A stretch of DNA of 62,815 bases, counting the filler. It is 4 parts of 4 records of this genome, joined end to end, with 100 filler letters (N's around TTAATTAATTAA, not from the genome) between each part and the next. Parts side by side here need not be neighbours in the genome. Positions count along the whole stretch, not along the records: positions 1 to 22,820 come from DRR378314_1974; positions 22,921 to 39,866 come from DRR378314_1977; 2 more parts are not named here. The stretch is one strand, 5' to 3'. Shown here in pieces: positions 18,963 through 29,423 of this stretch. A program made the translations under genes and the position numbers. The notes below the pieces were generated by a model, which made no database searches, was not told the DNA's origin, and worked only from the letters and a program-made list of their open reading frames with translations. The first letter of the stretch is position 1; every line of letters starts with the position of its first letter.

Positions 18963-21900
18963 TTAGGTGATCACATCGATCTGGTCGTCGACGATGATCG
19001 TGCCTTCGGTACCCAGTGAGTAATTCGTGTAGCCGCCACTGCTTGGCCCACGTGTCGCACCCAGGATCGTTACCGTGTCATCTGCACCGCCCATGACCAG
19101 CAACTCGTTGGAGTTGCTCGACAATGCCAGAAGTGCGGCTTCGTCGATGGTCAAGTTGCCCTCTTCGGCAAAGGTCATGTCCACAGTTTCGATGTTGTAG
19201 TTGCCCAAAGTCGGATTGTTGATCGCAATCGTTGAATTTGGTGCACCATCATCCAATACCACATAGGTCCCGGTGGTGTTCTGCGCATCATCGGTCGCAG
19301 TGATGACCAGATGCGACCCGTCCGGCACATCAGAATTGAAGTCAATGTTGGTCTCATTGCGGGTCGTGCTGTCGCTGCTCTGCGATGCCACTTCCGTAAT
19401 CGTGCCATTGTCCTGCACCTGATAGACCGCCAGATCATCATCGGTCTGATCGGTAGAGATGCCGCGGAACCCGACACGCCCTTCGTTCAGGCTTTCAATC
19501 GCCGGGCCGGTTGGGGCCGAGGTATCAATCGCCAGCGTGTCGTTGATCGTGTCGACGTTACCAACCGCATCCGTGGCCGTGACCACGATGGCGGCATTGT
19601 ATTCGCCAGAGCGGATCGCGGAAGGTGGGATGGTCAGGCTCCAGTTGCCCGCATTGTCCACATTCGCCACATAGGGCGTACCGTCAAAGGTCACGGAAAC
19701 GGTGCTGCCCACTTCGACTTCACCGCCCAGATCAATGCCTGTGGCCGCTTCGGCGATGTTGACCGTGTTGTCATTCCCGCCTGCCCCGTCGTCCATGTTC
19801 AATGGCACAACTTCCGTGTCCACATTCACAACGTCAGAGACGGTTGCGGTATTGCCCGCGCGATCCGTCGCCTGAACCGATACAGTTGCAGTATAGGTGC
19901 CCTCGGACACTTGGCTGGAGGCATAGTTCGCCACCCAGGTCCCGTTAGCCGCGACAACCGCATTCACCGCCACACCGTTCAGCGTGACCACAACAGCGGT
20001 TGAACCAACCTCGGTTGTACCCGTGACCTGAACACCACCACCGGCAAGACGTTCCGCACCGTTGATGGTGCCGTCACCCTCAACAAGGTCGGCCGCAACG
20101 CCAAGGTTGTCTACCCGCGTATCCACCTGAACACTGTCAGAAGCGTTCAGCGTGTTGCCCGCCGCATCTGTCGTCGTTGCCGCGATCTGTGCAGTATAGA
20201 CACCCGGTGTCACATCCGTGCTGGAATAATAGGCCGTCCAGTTGCCCGCGCTATCAGCGCTGACCGTCTTGCTGACGCCGCCCATGGTCACAGTGACCAC
20301 CGCATTTGCGTTAGATGTCCCGGTCAGCACCACACCATCAGAAGCCTCGGCTTCGTTGACGATGTCGTCGCCTTCAACCGGTGCCGGGCTGATGGTCAGA
20401 ATGCCACCGTCACGGTCGATCTCAACATTACGGGTGATGGTATCAACGTTGCCGGCAATATCTGTTGCAACGGCTGTCATCACAGCGGTCTGTTCGCCCG
20501 CCGGAATGGTGCTGGACGCAAAAGTGACGGTCCAGCTGCCGTCTGCGGCAACAGTTGCGGCCTGATTGGACCCGCCAAAGGAGACCATGACGCTGGAACC
20601 CGGTTCCGTTGTCCCTGTCATCACAAGGCCTTGCGCCGCTTCTTCGTTGTTGATCACACCGTCTGCACCACCAGTGGTGCCGGTAAAGGCAAAGTCACGC
20701 ACCAGCGTGTCAATGTCCACCAGCCCGGTGGCCGTGCTGGAATTGCCCAGCGCATCAGTCGCCACAGCGGTTACAGTCGCCTGCAATTCGCCGGTTGGCA
20801 CTTCGCTCATCGCGAAATCAGCGGACCAATTGCCATTGGCGTCAACTGTTGCATTGTGTGACCCGGTGCCAAAGCTGACAACCACTGTCGATCCCGCCTG
20901 CGCGGTACCCGTCAGGGTCACGCCGTCCAGCTGCTCCACCGCGTTAACGATGCCGTCTGTTTCAACATTTGCCGTGTCGATGGTCACATTTGAAACCGTA
21001 TCGATGACAACAGTGTCCGTGATTGTTGTGGTATTGCCAAAGGCATCCGCGCTGACAATCGTGACACCGGTGGAATATTCACCGCTGTCAAGCGTACCTG
21101 CGGCCCAGTTGACCGACCATGTGCCCGCTTCGGAAACGGTTGTGGTCTGCTCGATCCCGGCAATGGTCACCAGAATAGAGGCACCCGGCTCACCGGTCCC
21201 CGTCAGGGTCACACCATTGCTAAAGCTGACCACGTTGAAGAAATCGCCAACGGAGTCCGTCCCGGTTGCCACATCTACCAGCGGCGGCGTCAGATCGATC
21301 ACATAGCCCGGACCGTCCAAGACGACTTCACCACCTTCGGTCACAACCGTAACAACCGCCTCATAGGTACCATCCGGCGGGAAGTTCGGCGGCATGAAGC
21401 CACAGGTAAAGAAACCTTCTTCGTTGATGACAGTTTCAGCCTGCACATCCCCCAAAGTCACCAGAACCTTGTCACCCGGCGCACCGCCACCTGTTATGGT
21501 GATCGACTGTTCAGCATCATCACCACCGATTTCACCAACGCTGTCGGGATCGTTGACATAGGGGTCCTGAACCAGATCGCGGTCGTTGTCGGGCCCACCG
21601 ACATTGCCACCACCGTCGCCGCCTTCGCCGCCGCCGTCGCTGCCTTCACCTTCACCGCCACCACCGCTGGCACCAATGACCGCAGCGCCGCCAACAACCG
21701 CAGCTGCCGCCGCAGCAGAACCGCCGCCAAAAAGACCGGCCCCCAACAGGGGCGCAGGGAACATCGAGACTTCATCATCCGCATACCCGGCTGCTGCCAG
21801 CTCGGTACGGCCCAGATAAATCAGATCATCCGAGGGAGACCACTTGCCCCACTGCTCGGTTGGACCAAACTGGGCATAAAGCTCACCCGAGCCCGTATCC

Positions 21901-22184
21901 ACAAATGCCACCTCGTTGAGGTATCCATCTGCCGAGATGAACAAGCGGTTCGGGGTGCCCGATCCGTTGAAATAATTGTCAATCGTGATTTGACGCCCGT
22001 CGGTCAGGGTGATCACCAGATCACTGCCCTCACGCACCTGGCTTGCCAGATCGACCTGTCTCAGATTGAGAGAAATTTCCTGACCTGCGCCAGCCTGAAT
22101 AGCGTGTGTTTTGGCACCATCCGGCACCGTGCCACGCTGCAAACCGCCCGCACTATCGCGGACGACGAAATCAATCGCCTTCAT
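18963..22184 (-). CDS. T1SS-secreted Ig-like repeat surface protein/adhesin (BapA/LapA-like)
   Basis: BapA-like N-terminal domain (REGSDLVITLTDGRQITIDNYF), Gly/Ala-rich segment, about 7 roughly 100-aa repeats G(V)xLTGTxExGSxVxV...W...ATDxAGN; first gene of the T1SS run. Confidence 0.88.
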   Translation of the reverse strand: MKAIDFVVRDSAGGLQRGTVPDGAKTHAIQAGAGQEISLNLRQVDLASQVREGSDLVITLTDGRQITIDNYFNGSGTPNRLFISADGYLNEVAFVDTGSGELYAQFGPTEQWGKWSPSDDLIYLGRTELAAAGYADDEVSMFPAPLLGAGLFGGGSAAAAAAVVGGAAVIGASGGGGEGEGSDGGGEGGDGGGNVGGPDNDRDLVQDPYVNDPDSVGEIGGDDAEQSITITGGGAPGDKVLVTLGDVQAETVINEEGFFTCGFMPPNFPPDGTYEAVVTVVTEGGEVVLDGPGYVIDLTPPLVDVATGTDSVGDFFNVVSFSNGVTLTGTGEPGASILVTIAGIEQTTTVSEAGTWSVNWAAGTLDSGEYSTGVTIVSADAFGNTTTITDTVVIDTVSNVTIDTANVETDGIVNAVEQLDGVTLTGTAQAGSTVVVSFGTGSHNATVDANGNWSADFAMSEVPTGELQATVTAVATDALGNSSTATGLVDIDTLVRDFAFTGTTGGADGVINNEEAAQGLVMTGTTEPGSSVMVSFGGSNQAATVAADGSWTVTFASSTIPAGEQTAVMTAVATDIAGNVDTITRNVEIDRDGGILTISPAPVEGDDIVNEAEASDGVVLTGTSNANAVVTVTMGGVSKTVSADSAGNWTAYYSSTDVTPGVYTAQIAATTTDAAGNTLNASDSVQVDTRVDNLGVAADLVEGDGTINGAERLAGGGVQVTGTTEVGSTAVVVTLNGVAVNAVVAANGTWVANYASSQVSEGTYTATVSVQATDRAGNTATVSDVVNVDTEVVPLNMDDGAGGNDNTVNIAEAATGIDLGGEVEVGSTVSVTFDGTPYVANVDNAGNWSLTIPPSAIRSGEYNAAIVVTATDAVGNVDTINDTLAIDTSAPTGPAIESLNEGRVGFRGISTDQTDDDLAVYQVQDNGTITEVASQSSDSTTRNETNIDFNSDVPDGSHLVITATDDAQNTTGTYVVLDDGAPNSTIAINNPTLGNYNIETVDMTFAEEGNLTIDEAALLALSSNSNELLVMGGADDTVTILGATRGPSSGGYTNYSLGTEGTIIVDDQIDVIT

Positions 22185-22331
22185 AACTTCACCACTCTAC
22201 CTCAAAGCACCCGTTCTACGCGGAGCCTATCGTTTTTGTTTTCAAGCCGGTCCGTTCGAGCGTCCCGTGCCTACTGTTATTCTTACCTAATTTGGTACCG
22301 GGAAATTGGCTTTTTGACTAGTGGCTTTTTC

Positions 22332-22346
22332 TTAACGATTCGTTAA
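22332..22346. promoter_or_regulatory. CtrA-type binding site
   Basis: TTAA-CGATTCG-TTAA (TTAA-N7-TTAA) in the AT-rich region about 150 bp upstream of the adhesin start. Confidence 0.65.
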
Positions 22347-22497
22347 TTCTATCCAGGCGGGAAAATTTAGCCCATTTATCGCCTTCAAAATCGTCACGCC
22401 GAATCCCCCGTCCTGCGAAAAACACTGCCTGAGCGGGGCGTCCAGTGCAGCAAAGCAACAGTTGACAAAAAAACCTTGCCCCTTGACGGTTAGCGTC

Positions 22498-22820
22498 ATG
22501 AACACCTCCCCAAACGCTCTGCGCGCGCTCACCGAAGACCCCGATTTCGGGATCACCCTGTCCGATGGATGCCGCCTTTCGGCGCGTGTCTGGATGCCCG
22601 AAGATGCCGGTGACGACCCGGTTCCGGTGATCCTTGAATACCTGCCCTACCGCAAACGCGACGGTACCTGCGCACGTGATGCCCTGACCCATCCATGGTT
22701 TGCTGAACGCGGATATGCCTGTGTACGGGTCGACATGCGCGGCAATGGTGACAGCCACGGTGTGATGGAAGATGAATACGCCCCGCAGGAACAGGCTGAC
22801 GCCGTCGAAGTGATCAATTT
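22498..22820 (+). CDS. CocE/NonD family hydrolase (peptidase S15), 5' fragment
   Basis: LSDGCRLSARVWMP, ILEYLPYRKRDGT, GYACVRVDMRGNGDS; cut by contig end. Confidence 0.88.
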
Positions 22821-22920
22821 NNNNNNNNNNNNNNNNNNNNNNNNNNNNNNNNNNNNNNNNNNNNTTAATTAATTAANNNNNNNNNNNNNNNNNNNNNNNN
22901 NNNNNNNNNNNNNNNNNNNN
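22821..22920. other. artificial contig linker
   Basis: 44 N + TTAATTAATTAA (stops in all six frames) + 44 N. Confidence 0.99.
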
Positions 22921-22948
22921 AAAAACGGCGCCTTAAGGCGCCGTTTTT
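22921..22948. terminator. bidirectional rho-independent terminator downstream of fabB
   Basis: Perfect palindrome AAAAACGGCGCCTTAAGGCGCCGTTTTT. Confidence 0.85.
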
Positions 22949-22982
22949 ATAGCGTATTGCACATGCACCGCATGGCTAGGAA

Positions 22983-24200
22983 TTAGCCATTAAAGCGCTG
23001 GAAAACCAAGCAAGCGTTAGTGCCGCCAAACCCAAAGCTGTTGGAAAGCACACGGTCGATGGTAACGCCATCACGTCGCTCTCTAACGATGTCGAACCCA
23101 TCCGCCTGCTCATCAAGATGCTCGATATTAGCTGAGGCAGCGACGAAGTCATTTTGCATCATTAGCAGCGAATAAATCGCTTCTTGAACGCCGGTTGCGC
23201 CTAACGAGTGGCCGGTAAGCGACTTGGTTGAGCTCATAGCAGGTGTGGTATTGCCAAACACCTCACGGATCGCCTTCAGTTCAGCCACATCGCCGACCGG
23301 CGTAGACGTGCCGTGGGTGTTAATATAATCAATATCACCCTCAACCGTCGCCATGGCCTGACGCATGCAACGCGTCGCACCTTCCCCGGAAGGGGCAACC
23401 ATATCGTGGCCGTCGGAGGTGGCGCCGTAGCCCACCAATTCGCCGTATATCTTGGCGCCGCGGGCTTTAGCATGCTCCAGCTCTTCAAGCACTAACATGC
23501 CACCGCCACCAGCAATGACAAACCCATCGCGCGCTTGATCATAAGGGCGAGAGGCTTTCTCAGGCGTATCGTTGTAATGAGTTGAAAGGGCACCCATCGC
23601 ATCAAATAAGCAAGAAAGGGTCCAGTGCTCTTCTTCGCCACCACCGGCAAACACGATATCCTGCTTACCAAGCTGGATTTGTTCCATCGCACTACCAATG
23701 CAGTGAGCAGACGTCGCGCAGGCGGATGAGATAGAGAAATTAACGCCTTTAATCTTAAATGGCGTTGCCAAGCATGCCGACACGGTGCTGCCCATAGTGC
23801 GGGTAACACGGTATGGCCCCACACGACGTAGGCCTTTTTCGCGCATGACATCGGCGGCTTCTACCTGATTCGCGCTGGATGCCCCGCCAGACCCGGCTAT
23901 AAGCCCCGTCCGTTCGTTGGACACCTGCTCTTCAGAGAGCCCCGAATCTTCAATGGCTTGTGCCATAGACACATAGGCATACGCTGCCGCGTCGCCCATA
24001 AATCGGCGAAGTTTGCGGTCAATGAGGGAATCAAGGTCGATGTCGACGCTACCCGCTACATGGCTACGGAAGCCGCGTTCGGCGTACTCTTCCTTAAAAC
24101 GAATACCGCTGCGCCCGTTTTTGAGCGCGTCTAAGACCTGTTGCTGGTCGTTGCCTAAGCACGATACGATGCCAAGGCCGGTGACTACCACTCGTCGCAT
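22983..24200 (-). CDS. fabB: beta-ketoacyl-ACP synthase I
   Basis: [43 protein letters not shown]; follows fabA. Confidence 0.97.
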   Translation of the reverse strand: MRRVVVTGLGIVSCLGNDQQQVLDALKNGRSGIRFKEEYAERGFRSHVAGSVDIDLDSLIDRKLRRFMGDAAAYAYVSMAQAIEDSGLSEEQVSNERTGLIAGSGGASSANQVEAADVMREKGLRRVGPYRVTRTMGSTVSACLATPFKIKGVNFSISSACATSAHCIGSAMEQIQLGKQDIVFAGGGEEEHWTLSCLFDAMGALSTHYNDTPEKASRPYDQARDGFVIAGGGGMLVLEELEHAKARGAKIYGELVGYGATSDGHDMVAPSGEGATRCMRQAMATVEGDIDYINTHGTSTPVGDVAELKAIREVFGNTTPAMSSTKSLTGHSLGATGVQEAIYSLLMMQNDFVAASANIEHLDEQADGFDIVRERRDGVTIDRVLSNSFGFGGTNACLVFQRFNG

Positions 24201-24212
24201 GGGAGCCTCCTG

Positions 24213-24728
24213 TCAGAAATTCGCAGTGGAGGTGAATAGGCCAACGCGCAAATCATTAGCCTGGTATATATCGCGTCCGTCGACGGATACAGTGCCGTCG
24301 GCGATGCCTAGAATAAGCCGACGGGTAATAATGCGCTTCACATTAATGTGATATGTCACTTTTTTCGCGTCGGGTAGAATTTGGCCGCTGAATTTTACGT
24401 CGCCACAGCCCAGTGCACGTCCACGGCCTGGGTGGCCAAGCCAACCCAGGTAGAAACCCACAAGCTGCCACATGGCATCTAGCCCCAAACAGCCTGGCAT
24501 GACTGGGTCGCCGGGGAAGTGGCAATCAAAAAACCACAGGTCCGGGGTGATGTCCAGTTCGGCGATTAGCTCGCCTTTACCATGCACACCACCTTCTTCG
24601 TGAATGTGCATGATGCGGTCAAGCATCAGCATATTGGGAGCCGGAAGCTGTGCGTTGCCTGGGCCGAATAGCTCGCCGCGCGAGCAGGCCAGCAGTTCTT
24701 CGCGATCAAAGGAATGTTGCTTGGTCAC
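24213..24728 (-). CDS. fabA: 3-hydroxyacyl-ACP dehydratase/isomerase
   Basis: [34 protein letters not shown]. Confidence 0.98.
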   Translation of the reverse strand: MTKQHSFDREELLACSRGELFGPGNAQLPAPNMLMLDRIMHIHEEGGVHGKGELIAELDITPDLWFFDCHFPGDPVMPGCLGLDAMWQLVGFYLGWLGHPGRGRALGCGDVKFSGQILPDAKKVTYHINVKRIITRRLILGIADGTVSVDGRDIYQANDLRVGLFTSTANF

Positions 24729-25004
24729 TGAATCGTTCCGAGTATCAAGATGGTAGTTGGGTCTAGTCTACTTCCCGAAACCTCTGAATGCACGTTGTTG
24801 GGCACTTATCGTGTTTTCTCTACAGCTTTTTACCTGCCTGCCGATAGAGGTTGTGAGTATTTCGTTATTTCAAATACGCGATTCTGCACAATAAACGCCC
24901 TATTGACGTAATATGGTGTATCCATGTTTTTTTGTTAAGCGGCATGATGCCAGATCTGTAACCCATGCCCTGTTTGGCTCATTTATAGGACACACTAAAC
25001 CGCC

Positions 25005-26846
25005 ATGTGGCTGCCTGTTTCTCTTAATCGTCCGCTGGTATGGATGGCGTTAATAGCGCTGCCCGCTTGTGTATGGGTGCCTGACTCGGCGTTACGTATG
25101 GTGGCGGCCAGCTTGGTTGCATTTGGTATGTGGGATGCTTGGAACCAAATACGCCAACAATATTTACGGCTACGCCTTTCGCAAGATGCCATAGGCTTGG
25201 CGAGTGACGCCATTGTCATCAGCGATGTGCATAATCGCGTCTTGACGGTCAATCCGGCCTTTACTCAAATTACCGGCTTCGAAAGTCAGGAAATGATTGG
25301 CCGTAAGCTAGAGACGTTAGCGGCTCAGCGTCACGATAAAGCGTTTTATCGGACGTTTTGGAGCACGTTAAAGGCGACTGGCCGTTGGGAGGGCGAGATG
25401 TGGAATCGCCGCAAGCACGGTGATGAGTACCCCGAGTGGCTAAAGGTCCGTGCGGTTACTGACAAACGCGGCAAGATTACTCACTTTATCAGTCTCTTTA
25501 CCGATATTTCCTCCCAAAAAGCCCGCGAGCGTGATTTGCGCCGAATTGGTTATGAAGACCCGCTAACGGGGTTGCCAAACCGACGCCGCTTACACGATCT
25601 GATGTCCTCTCGGCTGCGCCATCTGCGTGCGGGTGAAAGCTTGGATATGGCGTTGATTGATATTGACGGGCTCAAGTCGGTGAATGACAGCTTAGGGGTC
25701 GAGCAGGGCGACCGCTTGTTAGCGCGCTTTGCCCAACGGTTAACAGGCTATATGGCTGGCAGCGTAGTGGGTAGGTTGGGTGGTGATGAATTTATGGTGA
25801 TTCGCACGACCACCTTCGACGACCATGATCAGTGGGTAGCGACCCTGCGTGAGCACATGAGCCGACCATTCGAAATAAAAGATCAATCGCTACGTCTGGG
25901 GTTAACGATAGGTAGCTGTCGCGCCCCTGAAGATGGCAATGATTCCGGCGTGCTGTTTCAGCGGCTAGAGTCTGCCTTATATAGTGCCAAGCGCTTAGGG
26001 CGTAATCTCAGCCAGCGGTTTCGCCCCGCGCTGGATAAACAAGATAACCCCCAGCTTGCTCTGGTCAGCGATTTGCGGGCCGCGTTGATATCCGGTGACC
26101 AGTTGGAGCTGCATTACCAAACGCAGCATCACCCAGGCACTGGCGATTTAGTGGGCATGGAAGCGCTGCTGCGCTGGCGTCACCCTGAGGATGGCATGAT
26201 CTCGCCAGGCGACTTTATACCGCTTGCTGAACGTCATGGACTGATGGCCGAACTCGGTAGTTGGGTGATCGAAAAAGCCTGTGCCCAGCAGGCGCATTGG
26301 CAATACAGCGGTATGCCAAAAGTGACGGTATGGGTCAATATTTCTGCGCTGCAGCTTTTTCAGGGAGACCTGGAAACTCAGCTGTCTAGTTGTTTAGAAC
26401 GCTACCAGCTAAAAACGTCGCAAATTGGCTTGGAATTGACAGAATCTGTTTTGCTGGACGAGCGTGCCGGGGATATGGGGCCTCGCCTGCAGGCGCTGCG
26501 TAACCAGGGCTATGCGATTGCCATCGATGATTTTGGTACTGGCTATTCATCGCTGGGTTATTTGAAACGACTGCCGGTAGATAAAATTAAGCTAGATCGT
26601 GCGTTTATTCGTGAACTGCCTCATGACCAAGCGGATGCCGCTATTGTAACGGCCGTGTTGGCGATGGCAGAGGGGATGGGACTGGAAGTGGTCGCCGAAG
26701 GCGTAGAAACTCAGGAGCAGTGTCAGTTTCTGGTTAACGCCGGCTGTACGTTAGTGCAAGGATTCTATTTTGCGAGGCCCTTACCTGCTGCGGAGCTTGA
26801 ACAGCGTTGGGCGCCGCGCATACTGGCTGAATCAGTGCCCTCGTGA
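25005..26846 (+). CDS. membrane-anchored PAS-GGDEF-EAL c-di-GMP enzyme
   Basis: Two N-terminal hydrophobic segments, PAS (VNPAFTQITG...WEGEMWNRRK), DPLTGLPNRR, GGDEF, EALLRW, DDFGTGYSS. Confidence 0.93.
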   Translation: MWLPVSLNRPLVWMALIALPACVWVPDSALRMVAASLVAFGMWDAWNQIRQQYLRLRLSQDAIGLASDAIVISDVHNRVLTVNPAFTQITGFESQEMIGRKLETLAAQRHDKAFYRTFWSTLKATGRWEGEMWNRRKHGDEYPEWLKVRAVTDKRGKITHFISLFTDISSQKARERDLRRIGYEDPLTGLPNRRRLHDLMSSRLRHLRAGESLDMALIDIDGLKSVNDSLGVEQGDRLLARFAQRLTGYMAGSVVGRLGGDEFMVIRTTTFDDHDQWVATLREHMSRPFEIKDQSLRLGLTIGSCRAPEDGNDSGVLFQRLESALYSAKRLGRNLSQRFRPALDKQDNPQLALVSDLRAALISGDQLELHYQTQHHPGTGDLVGMEALLRWRHPEDGMISPGDFIPLAERHGLMAELGSWVIEKACAQQAHWQYSGMPKVTVWVNISALQLFQGDLETQLSSCLERYQLKTSQIGLELTESVLLDERAGDMGPRLQALRNQGYAIAIDDFGTGYSSLGYLKRLPVDKIKLDRAFIRELPHDQADAAIVTAVLAMAEGMGLEVVAEGVETQEQCQFLVNAGCTLVQGFYFARPLPAAELEQRWAPRILAESVPS

Positions 26847-26874
26847 ATGCTAAACGCCATGCTAGAAGCAAGTG

Positions 26875-27393
26875 TTAATGAATGACAGAAGCAGCGAGCT
26901 TGTGGGTAGCGTAACGACTGATACACACACATAGCACTGCCCAAATAATGGCCTGTGCCGGCAGTAACCAGGGGGCTAAGCTAACGCCAGTGAGCGCTGC
27001 GCCGCCAACATAGGACAGTGGCCCGCTGACCGCACCGCAAACCGCCGCAATCATTGGGTACTGCCACAGCCAAGCAAGCGAGTGAAATACCAGCGTTGCA
27101 AACAGCGGCCACAGCATCCAAAGCCACAGTGGCAGTAAACCAGCCACCAAGGTGTGTTCACCGAAGTCGAAACCTCCTGCCAAATGAAGGCCTCCGTCCA
27201 ACGCTAACCCCAATAGCGCAAACACACCAATAAAACGCCATTCGCCGGGTTTGGCGCAGTGCCAGAAATGCCAGCCTAGCAGCGCACTCCCTATAATGGC
27301 AGCTACCCATGATCCCCCCAAAACGCACAGCAACCAGCCCGCTTCGAAGCGTAGTGCATTGAACAGCAAGCCGTGCCAGCGTGGGCTAGCCAT
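26875..27393 (-). CDS. DUF2878-family membrane protein
   Basis: FNAL.F..GWLLCV, PLWLWMLWPLFA, GPLSYVGGA; typical last gene of cfa clusters. Confidence 0.8.
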   Translation of the reverse strand: MASPRWHGLLFNALRFEAGWLLCVLGGSWVAAIIGSALLGWHFWHCAKPGEWRFIGVFALLGLALDGGLHLAGGFDFGEHTLVAGLLPLWLWMLWPLFATLVFHSLAWLWQYPMIAAVCGAVSGPLSYVGGAALTGVSLAPWLLPAQAIIWAVLCVCISRYATHKLAASVIH

Positions 27394-28662
27394 TTATAGC
27401 GCGCCCGTTAACGGTGCGGGTTTGGCGGCTGGTTTGGCTAGCAATAAGTGGCACGTACCAATAGAGCGCTCAATAAAGCCCCCCTCGCAGTAGCACAAAT
27501 AGTAACGCCACATACGAATAAACCGTTCGTCGTAGCCTTGCTGCCTTATCTGCTCTAGGCTGGTTTCAAAGCGATGGCGCCACTCGCGTAGAGTGCGGGC
27601 ATAGTGCTGGCCAATTTCATCAAGCGCTACCACGTTCAGTGAGGTTTTGCGCATCACGCTGGTTAGCATGGCGTGATGAGACGGCAAAAAACCACCGGGG
27701 AAAATATAGCGCTTAATAAAGTCCATCTCCCGCTTGGCTTCTTCAAACCGTTGGTCTCGGATAGTGATGGCTTGCAGCATAGCCTGGCCATCGTCGCTCA
27801 GCAGGCTGTCGACCTTTTCAAGGTAGGTGTTCAAATACTGGTGGCCGACGGCTTCAATCATCTCAACAGAGATCAGTCGATCGTAGCGACCTGTCAGCTC
27901 ACGATAATCCTGCTTTAGCAGGGTGATTTTATCGTCAAGCCCCTCTTCTTGAATGCGCCGGGCGGTATGGGCGTACTGCTCTTCAGAAATGGTGGTGGTA
28001 GTGACATGGCAGCCACGGGTTTTGGCGGCGTGTATTGCAAGACCACCCCAGCCAGTACCAATTTCTAGCAAGTGGTGTTCTGGGCGTACATCTAGCTTTT
28101 CGAGCATGATGTCGAGTTTGTAGGTAGACGCTTCTTCCAGGCTGGCTTCTGGATAAGGGAATACAGCGCTCGAGTACATCCAGTGGCGTTGATCAAGAAA
28201 CGTGGCAAACAGGTCATTGCCAATATCGTAGTGTGCCGAGATATTACGCTTTGAACCGGAAAGGCTATTACGTTGGAAGCGATAGGCAGCGCCAAGCAGC
28301 CAGCGGGTGAAACGGGCGCTTCCGTTTTCCATTTTACCGTTTACGTGATCCAGATTGGCCGCAAACAAACGCACCAAGGCCACTAAGTCATCAGCATCCC
28401 AGTCGCCATCCATATAGGATTCAGCTGCGCCCACTGTGCCGCCAAACGCGAGCCTTTTCCAGGCGCGGGAGTGACGAATCACAACGGTCACTTGAAGCGG
28501 CCCTTCTTGACCCAGGTGGTGACACTGATTGCCTTCAATTAAGGTGATACGGCCACCCTGGAAGGCATCTAATTGAGCCATCAGGCGAGGCTTCAACCAG
28601 CGAGTCAAACGATCCTGGTTAACCGGTTGTATGTCAGGGGGCGTAGAACGCAGGGTCGTCAT
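27394..28662 (-). CDS. cfa: cyclopropane-fatty-acyl-phospholipid synthase family SAM methyltransferase (UfaM-like)
   Basis: NISAHYDIGN, LEIGTGWGG, SVEMIEAVG, FIKRYIFPGG, MWRYYLCYCEGGF. Confidence 0.9.
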   Translation of the reverse strand: MTTLRSTPPDIQPVNQDRLTRWLKPRLMAQLDAFQGGRITLIEGNQCHHLGQEGPLQVTVVIRHSRAWKRLAFGGTVGAAESYMDGDWDADDLVALVRLFAANLDHVNGKMENGSARFTRWLLGAAYRFQRNSLSGSKRNISAHYDIGNDLFATFLDQRHWMYSSAVFPYPEASLEEASTYKLDIMLEKLDVRPEHHLLEIGTGWGGLAIHAAKTRGCHVTTTTISEEQYAHTARRIQEEGLDDKITLLKQDYRELTGRYDRLISVEMIEAVGHQYLNTYLEKVDSLLSDDGQAMLQAITIRDQRFEEAKREMDFIKRYIFPGGFLPSHHAMLTSVMRKTSLNVVALDEIGQHYARTLREWRHRFETSLEQIRQQGYDERFIRMWRYYLCYCEGGFIERSIGTCHLLLAKPAAKPAPLTGAL

Positions 28663-29423
28663 TTTGAAGTTTCCTTGCGCTTAGGGTGGTTATAAACGGG
28701 GATGCGCTTCAGCCAGAGGCGAAACGCTTCAAAATGAATTCCCGCCACGGTTTTCAGGCTCATCCAAGGCTGGCGTGCAAGGGTTGCTAATAGAACGCCG
28801 CGTGTCGCTGGCGCAGCCTCTAAGGTAAGCGTGGCGTCGAAATGGCGCTGCCCGCTTTGCCAGTTTTCCATGTGTAGATAGAGCTGATCGCCGGGTGCGT
28901 TGAGCTTCCAGCGGTAGGTCATTTCCATGGGGTTAAACGGCGACACATGCATGGCTTTATCAAAGCTTGCATGATGGCTATGACGAGTTGGATCGATCCG
29001 ACAGGCATAGCAGGTACGCTCTTTCCAGGGCATATTAGTGACTTCACCAACGACAGCCGCCAGCCTGCCAAGATGGTCATAGGCGTAGTACATCGAAACA
29101 GGATTGAAGACCGTGCCAAAGGTGCGCAATTGGGTCAGTACGTAAATCTTGCCATTGGGGGCACTACCCAGCTGACGAATTAGCTCTTCGCGTACCGCTG
29201 TACGCAATGGCTTATCAGTAGGGCCGAGATAATCTTCGCGACGAAAGCGTGCTAGTGCCGGCCTTCGGGCGCTAAAGCAAGGCACATTGTCAAATAGGCT
29301 CGGCAACTCATCCAAGTCGAGCCACGCCATCCAAACGCGGTAACTGAAAGCGTGCTCCTTAGGAGTGAAGCGACGATGGCGCAAGGTGCCGCGGTAAATA
29401 CGCGAGCGAGGCACGGTAATCAT
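28659..29423 (-). CDS. DUF1365 family protein (UfaO-like)
   Basis: HRRFTPKEHAFSY, FNPVSMYY, EVTNMPWKER, KAMHVSPF. Confidence 0.88.
   Translation of the reverse strand: MITVPRSRIYRGTLRHRRFTPKEHAFSYRVWMAWLDLDELPSLFDNVPCFSARRPALARFRREDYLGPTDKPLRTAVREELIRQLGSAPNGKIYVLTQLRTFGTVFNPVSMYYAYDHLGRLAAVVGEVTNMPWKERTCYACRIDPTRHSHHASFDKAMHVSPFNPMEMTYRWKLNAPGDQLYLHMENWQSGQRHFDATLTLEAAPATRGVLLATLARQPWMSLKTVAGIHFEAFRLWLKRIPVYNHPKRKETSK

Noticed and set aside
19300-21700. Repetitive sequence as a CRISPR or tandem DNA repeat
   Set aside because: Degenerate protein-level Ig repeats and a Gly-rich linker; no identical direct repeats with spacers
22865-22876. TTAATTAATTAA motif (three copies in the window)
   Set aside because: Artificial scaffold linker between N runs
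24787-24807. Imperfect palindrome upstream of fabA as a FabR/DesT site
   Set aside because: Match too weak to call by eye
25190-25520. PAS domain as a LOV photoreceptor for the light cluster
   Set aside because: It lacks the GxNCRFLQ cysteine motif (reads GRKLETLA)
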